Shown here in pieces: positions 30,759-41,131 of a DNA stretch of 64,000 nucleotides. The position numbers and the translations under genes are program-made. The number at the start of each line of letters is the position of its first letter. Positions within the stretch are counted from its first letter, which is position 1. The notes below the pieces were generated by a model. It worked only from the letters and a program-made list of their open reading frames with translations, ran no database searches and was not told the origin of the DNA. This DNA comes from Pelagomonas calceolata (taxonomy: Eukaryota). The stretch is from positions 5,580,001 to 5,644,000 of the forward strand of contig CAKKNE010000002.1 in NCBI GenBank assembly GCA_918797485.1, written 5' to 3'.

Positions 30759-33326
30759 ATGGCATTCGTGCAACCATTCACGAACCTCAATCCAAGGCGT
30801 CCAAGACGCCAGCCCACGAGCGTCGTCCGCACCGACCAGCCGAGCAAGATCTACGCGGCTGCGCTGCGCGAGGTGCTCGCCTGGGAGAATAGCTCAGAAG
30901 AGGGCGAGGCCGACGGCGCGCCGCCGCGCGACGACTCCGTCAGTAGTTATGTAGACGCCTGGGTCGGCGCGTGGCTGCGCGAGACGCGCGCTGATGTTGC
31001 GTCATCACCAAGAGGCGCGTGGCGCGAGGTTAGGGTGGCCCTGGAGAACGCCGGCGCGCACGATGCTGATAGAGGTGCCTTCGCGCCCCTGAAAATTTAT
31101 GGAAGACTCGGCGACCCGGCGCGGGATGACTTGGTTGCGCTCAAGCAGGACAGCACAAAAATACTCTGCGTACTAACGAAGCGCGACGGCGCGGCGGACG
31201 CGGCCCGCGTCGGCGCGCGGAAATTACTGGGCCCGGGCGGCGTCCAGGCCACGTGCCAATTTCAAACCATAACGGGGCTGACGCCGTCGTTACGAGAACT
31301 CGACGCATTAGCGCACGTTCCGTTGCTGAGCCCGAGGCTACGCGAAGCTTTAGTATCAAAGCAGACGCGGCCGGTCACCGTCCAGACGAAGCGCACGGAC
31401 TTAGGCGAGCACGCCGCCGCGGCGGCCTGCTGCGCGAGGTTAGACGCTCTTGTTTCAAGGAGCGGCTTCTCAAAACATGCGCGTACGAAGTGCAACCCTA
31501 GTCAATTAGAAGCGATCGTCCACGCCGTCGGCGGCTTTGCGCATGATAGTGAAGATATCACACTGATCCAGGGCCCGCCAGGCACGGGAAAAACTACAAC
31601 CTTAGTAGTCTGTGTCAACGCGCTCCACAACGCCCAGTACCAGACCTACTACCAGGAAGTTTTAAGGGAGGCCATCCACAAGGACGATCTGGTGCGGCAG
31701 GCGGGCTGGAAGAAGTGTGCCAGGAGATGTGAGTGGCTCGAGAAGTTACGACACTTGAAACCTAGGATACTCATAGCCGCACCGTCGAACGTTGCGGTTG
31801 ATAATGTAGTGCAAAAAATCGTTCAATTAGGCTTCGTCGACGGTACGGGTTCGAAGTACAACCCGGACATTGTACGCGTTGGGCGCGGGTCGGTCGGTGC
31901 TGGGGTGGCGTCCTTAGATGCTCGAGTTGATGATTTCTTAACTAAGGACGTGGACTGGCTGCAGAATGAAGCTCAAAGGGCGGAGAAGAGAAGGAATAGA
32001 GCTTTAGAAGATGCTAATTTAGCGAGGCACCTGCTGCAGCTGTTCTCCGAGGCACCTTCACAAATACCGAAGGGCTGGGAGGTGCGCGTGCACCCGGCGC
32101 CGCCCGCGTATAATCAGGGGCAGTACGATCGGCTCGAACCCTTACAAGCGCACGAAGTGGCGCACATTTATTACGTCGATCACGCGAATAAGAGAACGAC
32201 CCTTAAACCACCTTCAGTAAAAATGGGCCAAGAGTGTATATCAGAGTACTACGAACGGACGCACTGCCGGAAATGGCTGCTGCACTCCTTAGAAGCGTGG
32301 GCCCACGAGGGCACTTTACTTGATAGATGTCGTACTGCTTTAAACAAAGGCGTCTCGCGAGACCCTACCAAGAGAGCGCTCCAACAGTCCTTCCTCGCCG
32401 ACGCCGAGATCGTGTGTTCGACCTTACACGGCTGCGGCCACGGGTCGTTGGAAGATGCTAGATTCCGAGCTGTCGTGATTGATGAAGCTGCGAACGCGAC
32501 GGAGCCGGCCGTTTTGTGTGCTTTACGAAGACTGGAGCAGGGTCGAGTTGTATTAGTAGGCGACCCTAAACAATTGCAGGCCGTGCGCAAGTTCAGTGGA
32601 GACGCCTGGGCCGGGGCGTCGCTGTTTGAAAGGCTAGCTTCACAAGGAACTCCAGTACGTTTACTAGATACGCAGTACCGCATGCATCCTACGTTATCGT
32701 CCTACTGTTCGCAGGCGTCCTATAACGGGTTGCTGCGGGACGGGCTACCTTTATCGACGTTCAAACCGTCGACATGTGCTGCATTAGGGCCGCTCTCCTT
32801 CTTGAATCTCGCGACGTCCGCCGAGAAACAGTCGTCGACGCAATCTAGATCAAATCCGGAAGAAGCGAAGCTGTGTCGCAAGGTCTATGATGCGTTACAG
32901 GCGCGGGACGTGGCGGTCGTGACGTTCTACCGCGACCAACTGAAGGAGCTAAGGCGCGTCTTCGGGGACGTGTCGAAGAAACTCGTGGAGATTGATACCG
33001 TGGACGCGTTTCAAGGAAGGGAGAAGGACTATGTTATTGTCTCATGCGTGCGCGCGGGCGACGAGGGCGTGGGCTTCTTGAGAGATGAAAGGCGGCTGAA
33101 CGTCGCCTTGACGCGCGCGAAGCACGGGTGCGTCGTTATTGGTCGCGAGGCGACGCTGCGCACGGATCCAAGGTGGCGGGGGTTATTGGAAGCTGCTTGC
33201 ATCGTGGACGTGGCGTCTTCTGACGCGGCGCTGGAGCTGTTGGGGGCTCGTGGAGCTCCTGTGCTCGGCAAGCGGCGGCGCGAGGAGGCCGAGGACGGTG
33301 AGCTGGAGGATGTGGGGATCTTGTAG
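30759..33326 (+). CDS. Upf1/Sen1-like SF1 helicase with inserted WW-like domain
   Basis: IQGPPGTGKT, APSNVAVD, IDEA, VGDPKQL, QYRMHP, TVDAFQGREKD and RLNVALTRAK. Confidence 0.92.
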   Translation: MAFVQPFTNLNPRRPRRQPTSVVRTDQPSKIYAAALREVLAWENSSEEGEADGAPPRDDSVSSYVDAWVGAWLRETRADVASSPRGAWREVRVALENAGAHDADRGAFAPLKIYGRLGDPARDDLVALKQDSTKILCVLTKRDGAADAARVGARKLLGPGGVQATCQFQTITGLTPSLRELDALAHVPLLSPRLREALVSKQTRPVTVQTKRTDLGEHAAAAACCARLDALVSRSGFSKHARTKCNPSQLEAIVHAVGGFAHDSEDITLIQGPPGTGKTTTLVVCVNALHNAQYQTYYQEVLREAIHKDDLVRQAGWKKCARRCEWLEKLRHLKPRILIAAPSNVAVDNVVQKIVQLGFVDGTGSKYNPDIVRVGRGSVGAGVASLDARVDDFLTKDVDWLQNEAQRAEKRRNRALEDANLARHLLQLFSEAPSQIPKGWEVRVHPAPPAYNQGQYDRLEPLQAHEVAHIYYVDHANKRTTLKPPSVKMGQECISEYYERTHCRKWLLHSLEAWAHEGTLLDRCRTALNKGVSRDPTKRALQQSFLADAEIVCSTLHGCGHGSLEDARFRAVVIDEAANATEPAVLCALRRLEQGRVVLVGDPKQLQAVRKFSGDAWAGASLFERLASQGTPVRLLDTQYRMHPTLSSYCSQASYNGLLRDGLPLSTFKPSTCAALGPLSFLNLATSAEKQSSTQSRSNPEEAKLCRKVYDALQARDVAVVTFYRDQLKELRRVFGDVSKKLVEIDTVDAFQGREKDYVIVSCVRAGDEGVGFLRDERRLNVALTRAKHGCVVIGREATLRTDPRWRGLLEAACIVDVASSDAALELLGARGAPVLGKRRREEAEDGELEDVGIL

Positions 33327-33574
33327 TGTCCTTCCGATGTGTGTTGTGTAATTTGTCTCAAGTTCGTTGACACTAAATGCGTCGGCTCTGGAGGCCCTAG
33401 TTGTCGGGTTTTTGCCGGACCAAAAATCGGTTCAGTGGACAACGCCGGCCCCCGCGTCAAGTGGGACCTCGCGGCGCGGAATCTGTACGCCCCATACGTG
33501 CCCCTCTGCGGCGCGCGCTGGGAACCGGTCCCGCACGGTCGTTTTATCGACAAGCGGCGTCGTTTGCCGCGAAA

Positions 33575-33841
33575 ATGGCCAAGGCCGCCGAGCTCGCGGC
33601 GTCGTCCCGCGCCGAACGCGTCGACAAGGTCCGCGACCACCTGGCCAAGGTCGACGACGCCGTGAAGCTGGCGAAGAAGCTCGACGCCAACAGCCCGGCG
33701 AAGCGCTGGGCCACGATTATGGCAAAGGCCGATGATGGTGCCCCTTCTGCGCCGGTCGCCAAGCCTCTGCCGCCACTCGTGGTCGCCGTCGCGGTCGTCG
33801 CGGCCGCGTACGTGGTGCGCGCGCTCTTTGCCAAGGAGTAG
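33575..33841 (+). CDS. Small tail-anchored hypothetical protein
   Basis: 88-aa ATG ORF with C-terminal TM helix. Confidence 0.55.
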   Translation: MAKAAELAASSRAERVDKVRDHLAKVDDAVKLAKKLDANSPAKRWATIMAKADDGAPSAPVAKPLPPLVVAVAVVAAAYVVRALFAKE

Positions 33842-33934
33842 CTCCCGGCGCGCGCGGGCACAAGGCCCCGCGACAAACCCCCCCCAAGAACTAAGTCCCT
33901 GTACGCCATCACCGCGAGTCAACAACACACAAAA

Positions 33935-35110
33935 CTATGCCCCCCGGAGCCAACCCTCGACGCGCCCCAAAAGCGCCGCGTCCGAGTATTCCGCGGGGAG
34001 GCGGCTCCGCGGCGGTTCGCGCGACACGGCGTCGAGGGCGCGCCGCACGGCGTCGGGGTACTCTTCCAGAGAGACGCTCGCGACCCAGGGCGCCCCCACG
34101 GCGTCGACAAAATCGTGCTGCGTGCGCCACGGCAGCCGCGGGTTCACCCACTTCTCGACGCGCGGCTTCGGATACCTGACCTGGACGACGGCGCAGCCGT
34201 GCTCGAGCGCGTCGAGGGCGCCGGGGCCCAGGACCGGGTCCCCGAGCCCGAGGGCCACCTGGGCCTCTCCGAGCAATTTTGAGTAGCCCGCGGCGTCGAG
34301 GAGGCCCCGGTTCTCTATAAAAGCGGGCAACCCTCTTGCCTTGTCGCGGGGCACGGTCGCCACGAGCTTCACGCCATCTAACTTCGAGACTGCGTCGAGC
34401 GCCCGCCGCACCGCCGGCGTGAAGTATTTTGCTTCCTTGCCCAGGATGAGGACCAGTCCCTTTTTTTTGGGAGGCGGGTCCGCGCGGTAGGCTTTATCTT
34501 CGACCCGGAACCCGATCATCGTGTTGCCGCAGGGATACGGGTAGGGCACGAGGTACTCGTTAACTTTCGTCCCGCGCGCGACTTGTTGCTGAGGCGTGCC
34601 CCAAAAATCCACGTTGTAGCGCCTTTTCGCGGATACGGCTCTTTTCAACGCATCATCCGTGTACTGGTCCGACACGACAATAATGTTACCGGTTAATGAG
34701 GCCGCGTCGGCTCTATTCTTCACGACGACCGTCTTTGCTCCTAATTCTTGCGCGCCCCACATGATGGCCGAAAATATTTTGAACTCGCCGAAGGTGTGGC
34801 CGTGGTCGTAGAGGTTCGGCTTCACTATTGCGATTGTTGTGCCCGCGAAGTCCGAGCGTTTGCTCTCGGGTGACGGTGGTGGTACGGCTGGCTTTACGAC
34901 GGGCGCCGGTGGTGCTGGCACGGCTGCTGGCGGCTCGCGCGCAAACGCGTCGCCCTCCTTCGCTGCAGCGGCCAGCGATTTGAGTTCTGCTCGTAGCGCG
35001 GCGTCCTTGTCTCCGGCCGGCGCCGCATGGTGTGGGAGGTGCAGCAGGTTGGTGACCGTTACGAGTGCCGTGACAAGGAGCAGCGCTGTGGCTACGTGGC
35101 TAAATTTCAT
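33935..35110 (-). CDS. GT18 (MGAT5/GnT-V-like) glycosyltransferase
   Basis: Type II anchor; LGLGDPVLGPGALDALEHGC and TQH...VGAPWV resemble the GT18 core. Confidence 0.75.
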   Translation of the reverse strand: MKFSHVATALLLVTALVTVTNLLHLPHHAAPAGDKDAALRAELKSLAAAAKEGDAFAREPPAAVPAPPAPVVKPAVPPPSPESKRSDFAGTTIAIVKPNLYDHGHTFGEFKIFSAIMWGAQELGAKTVVVKNRADAASLTGNIIVVSDQYTDDALKRAVSAKRRYNVDFWGTPQQQVARGTKVNEYLVPYPYPCGNTMIGFRVEDKAYRADPPPKKKGLVLILGKEAKYFTPAVRRALDAVSKLDGVKLVATVPRDKARGLPAFIENRGLLDAAGYSKLLGEAQVALGLGDPVLGPGALDALEHGCAVVQVRYPKPRVEKWVNPRLPWRTQHDFVDAVGAPWVASVSLEEYPDAVRRALDAVSREPPRSRLPAEYSDAALLGRVEGWLRGA

Positions 35111-35176
35111 ATTATCGATTCTTGCCAGCCATGGCTGGCGTATGCATCGAATTTTGGCCGGCGCCGCAAAAACGCA

Positions 35177-35200
35177 GCTAGCGTCGGTAAGCTACTAGCA
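35177..35200 (-). promoter_or_regulatory. Bipartite CTAG-CTAG upstream element
   Basis: GCTAGCGTCGGTAAGCTACTAGCA in a divergent intergenic region. Confidence 0.55.
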
Positions 35201-35548
35201 AGTATGCCGAGCAAGCCGCCGGCCGAGCCGCCGCACGTTCCATCTGTCTGAGCATGGAGTGCTGCTCCTGTCGACGAGCCCTGGACCAGTTCCATTCGTT
35301 CTTCGCGTTGCGTGAATGAAATTTGCCTGGATGACGATCGTGACCTATAGCTCCTCATCCAGAGTATACCAGGCAGAGCCAACGCGTTCGACGGTTTTGT
35401 CGTATCACCGAAGGCCGGTGTGTGCGAGCTCTACGTCTGAAAATACGTAAAAGGTGCTCTGCAATCAATTTGGGCCAGGTGTCGACTTGCACTCATCGCC
35501 CGCGCACCCCCGCGGTTTCTACGCCTCAAAACTATACGACTCAAAACT

Positions 35549-35951
35549 AATGCGACGCCCCTCCACACGGCGGCCGTCTCTGTGCGCGCGCCGCGACGCC
35601 CGCAAAAAATTCCGGGCCAACGCGCTCGAATGGACGGTGCTCATCGTTGTTGGTGTTGCGGCGCCCTGTGCGTCGTTCCAGTTCGGGCAGTTGATCGGCC
35701 ACAAGCTCTTCCCCGAGCAGCAGTATAACGACGCGCACGCGACGTGCAACGCGAACCCGAAGGACCAGATCTTCGTCCGCAGTCCGAGCGACCCGTTCGC
35801 CGCGGTGCAGCCGGATGCGACGCCCGCGCCGGTCCCGGACGGCGCGCCGACGCCTATTTCGACGCCGACGGCGCCGAAGAAGTGTCAAATAGAGGCGCAC
35901 GACCTCCTCGGCCTCTCGCCCGCGGCCGCGGCCGCGCACAGCTGCAGGTAA
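35549..35951 (+). CDS. Small hypothetical membrane protein
   Basis: ATG ORF with one TM segment and a Pro/Thr linker; 3' end uncertain. Confidence 0.45.
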
Positions 35952-36074
35952 CAGCACGCGCGTTTTTTGGTTCTCGCGACGCTTCCCCATGTTCTTCCCC
36001 CCGTCGTCGCGCAAGTAAGTAATCCCATCCCGCACGACGACGCGGCAGAATACGGAGTCCTAGAAAACTCAACA

Positions 36075-36920
36075 TTAACAGAACGCGGACTCCTCCCGCC
36101 TCTCCAACCCGACGGCGTAGACCTGGGCCAGGTGGATTACCAAGGCCAAAACGTGCACGTTGTCGTGGACCTCCCAGACGCCCGGGACCGTGCCGAAGGT
36201 CCACTTGAACTTCGAGTCGAGGCCTGCGTGTGTTAACCGGTGAGTCGAGCGGACGTCGCGTCGATGGCGTGGAGGTCCAGCGAGCGGACATCGCATCACC
36301 GGCACGCCATCGAGCAGACGCCATCGAGCAGACGCGTCGATGGCGTGGAGACGACATAAAAAGGACGCCGCGTACGCACGCCCCCCCACAAAGAAGTAGA
36401 GAAAGAGTAGCACCTTCGAGAGGGCCACGCCCCACCCGAGCGGCGGCGGGATCCGCAAGACCTCGACAGCCGCCAACAAAAAATTCTGACCGAAGCCGCA
36501 GAGCACCCTTACCGCTCTATTCATCTGGTCGTACTGGAGGTCGCGCTTTCGTAGTAAAGAGACGAACTGGACCAGGATCAAGGTCGTGGTCATCCACAAC
36601 GATAATGTGGAGGCCGGCGCCGTGGACCGGCAGTAGGCTCGCACGTGCGTCGTATAGACGCCCGTGATGGCGCAGAAGTCCGCCGCTAAAACTAGCACAT
36701 AAGCGCGCGGCGTCTCCCAGGGAATGACGTGTAGTATGCTCCCGAAGACGTACACTACAATATTCGTTCTCGCGAGGGATCTCCGTCGTTGGTCCTGCAG
36801 CAAGTTCACTCCAAGAGATCCGAGGACGACGACCACAGGGTAGAGCCATCCTCTATATTTCGCTCTCTTGAGTCCGTTGCCGTACTGAGCGTGGCGGCCG
36901 ATGCGAGACCAATCGACCAT
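36075..36920 (-). CDS. Hemolysin III/PAQR-family membrane protein; intron 36224-36379
   Basis: YRGWL, SILH.IPW, ADFCAI and WEVHDNVHVL; removing the intron gives GGR-LDSKF. Confidence 0.75.
   Translation of the reverse strand: MVDWSRIGRHAQYGNGLKRAKYRGWLYPVVVVLGSLGVNLLQDQRRRSLARTNIVVYVFGSILHVIPWETPRAYVLVLAADFCAITGVYTTHVRAYCRSTAPASTLSLWMTTTLILVQFVSLLRKRDLQYDQMNRAVRVLCGFGQNFLLAAVEVLRIPPPLGWGVALSKVLLFLYFFVGGRAYAASFLCRLHAIDASARWRLLDGVPVMRCPLAGPPRHRRDVRSTHRLTHAGLDSKFKWTFGTVPGVWEVHDNVHVLALVIHLAQVYAVGLERREESAFC
36224..36379 (-). other. In-frame GT-AG intron (156 nt) rich in CACGCCATCGACGCG motifs
   Basis: GTGCGT...ACACGCAG; internal direct and inverted repeats. Confidence 0.75.
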
Positions 36921-36950
36921 CGTTTGCTAGTGCGGCGACGGCGTCGAGGT

Positions 36951-37051
36951 GGTTCTAGGCGTCTTCCGACGCAGCACTGCTACTCAAGGTGGCAGTGCCA
37001 GGCGGTTCTAGGCGTCGTGCGCCGCAGCACTGACCAAGGTGGCAGTGCCAG
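36951..37051. repeat. ~50-bp imperfect tandem duplication
   Basis: GGTTCTAGGCGTC..GCAGCACTG..CAAGGTGGCAGTGCCAG at 36951 and 37004. Confidence 0.85.
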
Positions 37052-37286
37052 CCTCTGCACAAAGTTCAAAATGCTGCTAGCAGCGTCGCGTGTGCGCTGC
37101 CAGCTCGCAGGCAGTACGGCGGTGTACTCCAGGCTGCGAGAGTGCACCTCCTACAAGTTTGTGACTACGGCGTCGCGCTCAGTTTGACGTGTTTGCACGC
37201 AGAGCATCGGCACAGAGCTCAGATGCCAGTCGCCCTCGCGACCGCGGAGAAAAGAACACACAAGTTACACTAGGGGAGGACGTGTC

Positions 37287-37925
37287 TCAGTCCTTCAGCC
37301 ACGCCGTCGCGCGGCCGAGCGCTTTGGTGGCGACCATGTCCACGATGAGGCCCGGGACGACGCGCGTCGCCTCGATCGACGCAGCTAGGCTGACGCGCGT
37401 CTTGTCGCCGACGCGCTCGACGACCCAGGCGCCCGAGCACCGTTTGACGGCCGGCGAGGCCCGGTCCAAGTCGAAGCGCAGCACCTGGGCGCCCCTACTA
37501 TCGGTCTCCTCCGCCAGCACCAAGTCGCACGGCAATCTAAATTTGGTCACGGAAAAGTGGCAGGTCCGCGTCGTCTCGTCGAGCCATTCCCGCGTTTTTG
37601 AGGTCTTGATGCCTCGCATCAGACCAGACCAGCCGTCGACGTCGCGCAGCCGCTGCCACACTTTCTCTAACGGTTCATTAGTCTCGACGACGTGGACGCA
37701 CTGGCCGCCGCGGCCTCGTCTATCCTTGCGCTGGACCTCGCCGTCCCTTGCCAGTCGTAATTGCTCCGTGCGCGTTAAGAGAGGTGCCGACGACGGCACG
37801 GCCGGGCCCCTTTTTTGTGGTGCGGGCGGCGCGATTTTAATGCCAGGCGAAACGACGACATTGACCGAAGGATTGAGAGCTACGGCGGGCGCTAGGACCA
37901 GCGCCAAAGCCGAGAGCCGCACCAT
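37287..37925 (-). CDS. SRPBCC/polyketide cyclase-like protein with signal leader
   Basis: PLEKVWQRLRD..GW..LM and SGAWVVE..GDKTRV; leader MVRLSALALVLAPAVAL. Confidence 0.7.
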   Translation of the reverse strand: MVRLSALALVLAPAVALNPSVNVVVSPGIKIAPPAPQKRGPAVPSSAPLLTRTEQLRLARDGEVQRKDRRGRGGQCVHVVETNEPLEKVWQRLRDVDGWSGLMRGIKTSKTREWLDETTRTCHFSVTKFRLPCDLVLAEETDSRGAQVLRFDLDRASPAVKRCSGAWVVERVGDKTRVSLAASIEATRVVPGLIVDMVATKALGRATAWLKD

Positions 37926-38227
37926 GGCAGTGCAGGCTGTGCCAGAGGGGCCGCGGAAGCAGCGTCCTTGCGACGGTTGCAGTGGCCGGTGCCTCTGGTG
38001 CCTCCGAAGAGCTCGGAATCGCACGACGCTCGCCGACAGCTACGTACGCGCCGTTTTGGCAGTGACAACAACTTCTACAGCAGCGAGGATACTCGTGCCT
38101 GCGGGCCCACGCATCCGTCTGAAACATGGTTGCAAGACTACGCAGCCGCTCCGTCAGGGGGCGGCGTCCGCAAGACGGCGCGAAGTCGACCCCGCGCCAC
38201 CGCGAAGAAGGAACCAAGATTACCCAA

Positions 38228-40006
38228 CTAGAACTTCTCGTCCTCAGAGACATCAGGCTCCTCCAACCGATCAATAGCGCTTTTGATCAGGTTGTTGTCC
38301 TTCGGCTCGAGGTCCAACGCGAACGTGAACCGCATCATCGCATCATCTAATTTGCCGAGCTTCTTGCAGACCTTGCCCATGAGGAAGTGGACGGAGGCCT
38401 CCTTCGGCGCGTGGTCGGCGACCGCTTCCAACTCCTTCAAAGCTTCCGCATGCCGGTCCATGCTAATAAGGACATTGGCGCACTGGAACCTCGCCTGGGG
38501 GTTGTTCGGTTCCGCTTGAGCTGCGAGTCTCAAATGTCGGAGCGCATCATGGCACCGTTTGTTCGCGTGGTACGTCATTCCCAGATAGCAATGGAGTACG
38601 GAAGAGCCAGGATTCATGCTCAAAGCTCGCTGGAAGTGGTACTCGGCCAAGGCGTACTTCTCCTGGCGGTAGTAGATGGCCCCCAGCCCGTACCACGCAT
38701 TATAATGCCGCCCGTCGAGCCGCATCGCGTGGCGGTACATGGCTACTGCTTTTTCGAAGGCCTCATTGGCCACATATTCGTGGCCGCACAGCGTGTACGC
38801 GTAGGCGAATCTAGGTGCTACCGCAATAGCTCTATGAAAGCACCGTATCGCCGCGTCGTGCTCCTTTTGTAGGGACAGACAATTTCCCGCGGCGCACCAC
38901 GCTTCCGGGGACCGCGGGTCCCTCCGGACCGCGTCCCGCGCCAGATAGCAGAGCTGGACGTCGTCCTTGAGGTGCCACAATGCTGTACTAAGTAACTCTA
39001 AACCTTCCAATCTATGAGGTTCGCACCGCCGCATACTCTGTAAAGCATTGACGCACGCATCATAATCAGCCTTCTCGAAGTGAGCCCGGCCCCTCAAATG
39101 TTGCGCCCAGCCCGTGTCGAAGTGCCGCGCGGGTAGGGAGTGGAGGGCTTTCAGTGACGCGTCTGTTCTCGACGCGGCGAGGTCGCGCCTCGCGCTCCCC
39201 AGAATCCTTAAAACATCCAACAACGCACCGGGCAAGGACGAAGGCACCTCATTTCGATAAGGAGCGAAGCCTCTATCGGAAGAAGCCGTCCGCGGCACCT
39301 TCGCTCGCGGTCGTTCCAGCGGCGTCGACGCCGGCGTCGACGCGAAACTGAGAGCCTTGGGTCTATGAGTCGAGGGCGCCGACGGCGGCGTCGGTTCTAA
39401 GACTCGAGGCCCGCGCGGCGTCCGTTGGGGCGGCGCGTTTTCATCTTTCGAGGCCGTCGGTGGGTCTACGACCGTCTCATTCTTCAATGCATGCGGCGCG
39501 TCCCTCCGGAACGTGTGCTGCGGGTCGACGTCCGCGCCTAGTCTACAAAGAGCGTCGTAGGCGACCCACATCAAGGCGTCTTTTTCAAGGGCCAACTCGT
39601 AGTACGCGATGGCATGGTTCGCTCGATGGCCCTTCTCGCAGATACTTCCAAGAACATAGAGCCCGGCGGCGCCGTGGGGCACCGGGCTCGCTTTGGATCG
39701 TAATAACTGAGAGGACTCGCGGGGCCCGGCCGCTCGAGCTGCTCGATCCGGCAACAGCGCCGCCTCGGCCTCTGAATCTTTATCGAGGCGGTGGCAGGCC
39801 AACGCGAGCAAGTACCGCCCGTGGGGCTCCAGCGTCTGGCCGCGCAGCGTCGCGTAGGCCCGGTGGGCCGCGCCCTGTCTCAGGTAGCACGACGCGAGTG
39901 CCTCGAGCGTCTGCGACGACGGCGCCTCGGCGTGCGCGCGCTCGCAGAGGAAGGCCGCGTTCGTGTGGAGGAAGAGGCCGGCGTAGCGGTCGTAGAGGGC
40001 GGCCAT
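38228..40006 (-). CDS. CDC27: Anaphase-promoting complex subunit 3 (TPR protein)
   Basis: NAAFLCER; LSTALWHL; SPEAWCAAGNCLSLQKEHD.AI; YAYTLCGHEY; RHYNAWYGLG. Confidence 0.95.
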   Translation of the reverse strand: MAALYDRYAGLFLHTNAAFLCERAHAEAPSSQTLEALASCYLRQGAAHRAYATLRGQTLEPHGRYLLALACHRLDKDSEAEAALLPDRAARAAGPRESSQLLRSKASPVPHGAAGLYVLGSICEKGHRANHAIAYYELALEKDALMWVAYDALCRLGADVDPQHTFRRDAPHALKNETVVDPPTASKDENAPPQRTPRGPRVLEPTPPSAPSTHRPKALSFASTPASTPLERPRAKVPRTASSDRGFAPYRNEVPSSLPGALLDVLRILGSARRDLAASRTDASLKALHSLPARHFDTGWAQHLRGRAHFEKADYDACVNALQSMRRCEPHRLEGLELLSTALWHLKDDVQLCYLARDAVRRDPRSPEAWCAAGNCLSLQKEHDAAIRCFHRAIAVAPRFAYAYTLCGHEYVANEAFEKAVAMYRHAMRLDGRHYNAWYGLGAIYYRQEKYALAEYHFQRALSMNPGSSVLHCYLGMTYHANKRCHDALRHLRLAAQAEPNNPQARFQCANVLISMDRHAEALKELEAVADHAPKEASVHFLMGKVCKKLGKLDDAMMRFTFALDLEPKDNNLIKSAIDRLEEPDVSEDEKF

Positions 40007-40180
40007 CTCGCGCCGACGGCGTTGAGCCCCTCCGATGAGGTGCTGGCTGGTTTCACGTCGCGGGAGCGCTTCTGAGGCTCTGAGAGCGCCCGACTGCTAA
40101 GGATTAGTCGACTATAGCCGCAACTCTTCAGCTGGCACTGCTAATCGCACGTAGAGCTAGCCCGCGGCCGCGGGCAAAGG

Positions 40181-40207
40181 GCTAGCGTGTCGATAGACAC
40201 ACTAGCA
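40181..40207 (-). promoter_or_regulatory. Bipartite CTAG-CTAG upstream element
   Basis: GCTAGCGTGTCGATAGACACACTAGCA, ~175 nt upstream of CDC27. Confidence 0.55.
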
Positions 40208-40273
40208 TCGATAGATCACGCCGTCGACGCGCATAACACAGCAAAGTAGGATGAATACCACAACAAACCATTA

Positions 40274-40882
40274 TTACCCCGCCGCGACGGCCCCCCCGTC
40301 GAGCGCGCGAGTCACGACTTCACAATTCCCCATCTTCTGGTCCTCTCCAAAAAGCCGCTTGAAGAAGCCCGCGTGGCCCACGACGAGCACGTCCTTGTGG
40401 GGCGGCAGCGCATTCAGAAGCTCCCGGAACTCCGCGAGGCGCGCCTCGGCGGCCCTCGGCGCGAACCAGCCGCCGTCGGCGCAGATCCAGTCGCGCGGCG
40501 TCCGTATTCTAGCGACGTCGAAGCTAGGATACCGTGCTTCGATCATCGATGCGTCGAGCGACCCGCGCTGGCAGGCGTCAGCGGGAGGCATCGCCGTCTC
40601 GGTGTGCAATGATGTCACAATTATTTCAACGTCGTCCTGCGTCTCTGCTATTTTCGAGGCGGTCTGCAACGCTCGACACAGGGGACTCGTCACGATGATG
40701 TCGAACTGCCGCTCCGGAGGCTTTAAAGCTTCGGCGAGCTGACTAGCCTGCGCCTCGCCCGCCTCCGTCAAGGCCGGATCAAGCAATGCGCGCCCCTCAG
40801 TATCTCTGCCGTCTCTTATGAACTCGTTGTGCCGCGCCTCGCCGTGGCGCGCGAAGCTGAAGGTGCGGTCCTGGAGGCCCAT
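40274..40882 (-). CDS. Histidine phosphatase (phosphoglycerate mutase family)
   Basis: RHGEARHN, TSPLCRALQTA and VVGHAGF. Confidence 0.9.
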   Translation of the reverse strand: MGLQDRTFSFARHGEARHNEFIRDGRDTEGRALLDPALTEAGEAQASQLAEALKPPERQFDIIVTSPLCRALQTASKIAETQDDVEIIVTSLHTETAMPPADACQRGSLDASMIEARYPSFDVARIRTPRDWICADGGWFAPRAAEARLAEFRELLNALPPHKDVLVVGHAGFFKRLFGEDQKMGNCEVVTRALDGGAVAAG

Positions 40883-41013
40883 GGCTCTGCGCTGGTAGCC
40901 GAGGTGGCCGTGCATCGTGGTGATGCGCAGCGGTGCAGGGCTCGCGCGGATGCTTCTCTACTGTATTTTTTTGCAGGTTGCGAGCTGTTTTATGGCTGCA
41001 AAGCTGGGGCTTA

Positions 41014-41039
41014 GCTAGCGGCATGTAAGACACACTAGC
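41014..41039 (-). promoter_or_regulatory. Bipartite CTAG-CTAG upstream element
   Basis: GCTAGCGGCATGTAAGACACACTAGC in a divergent intergenic region. Confidence 0.7.
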
Positions 41040-41131
41040 CATCTGCCGCAGCCTCGCGGCGCTGATTATAGCGGCGCTAAGGTGCTATACGTGGTGGAGA
41101 CTCGATTTTCGTAACCTGCCTGCAGCGCAAA

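Noticed and set aside
35948..36060. Possible intron starting CAG|GTAACA that would extend the ORF at 35549
   Set aside because: No convincing downstream exon before the convergent gene; left unresolved.
37189..38277. Long antisense or alternative-frame ORFs (this one, 27339-28151, 33029-33928, 58500-59453 and others)
   Set aside because: Shadow ORFs caused by high GC content over real genes; Arg/Ala/Pro-rich with no motifs.
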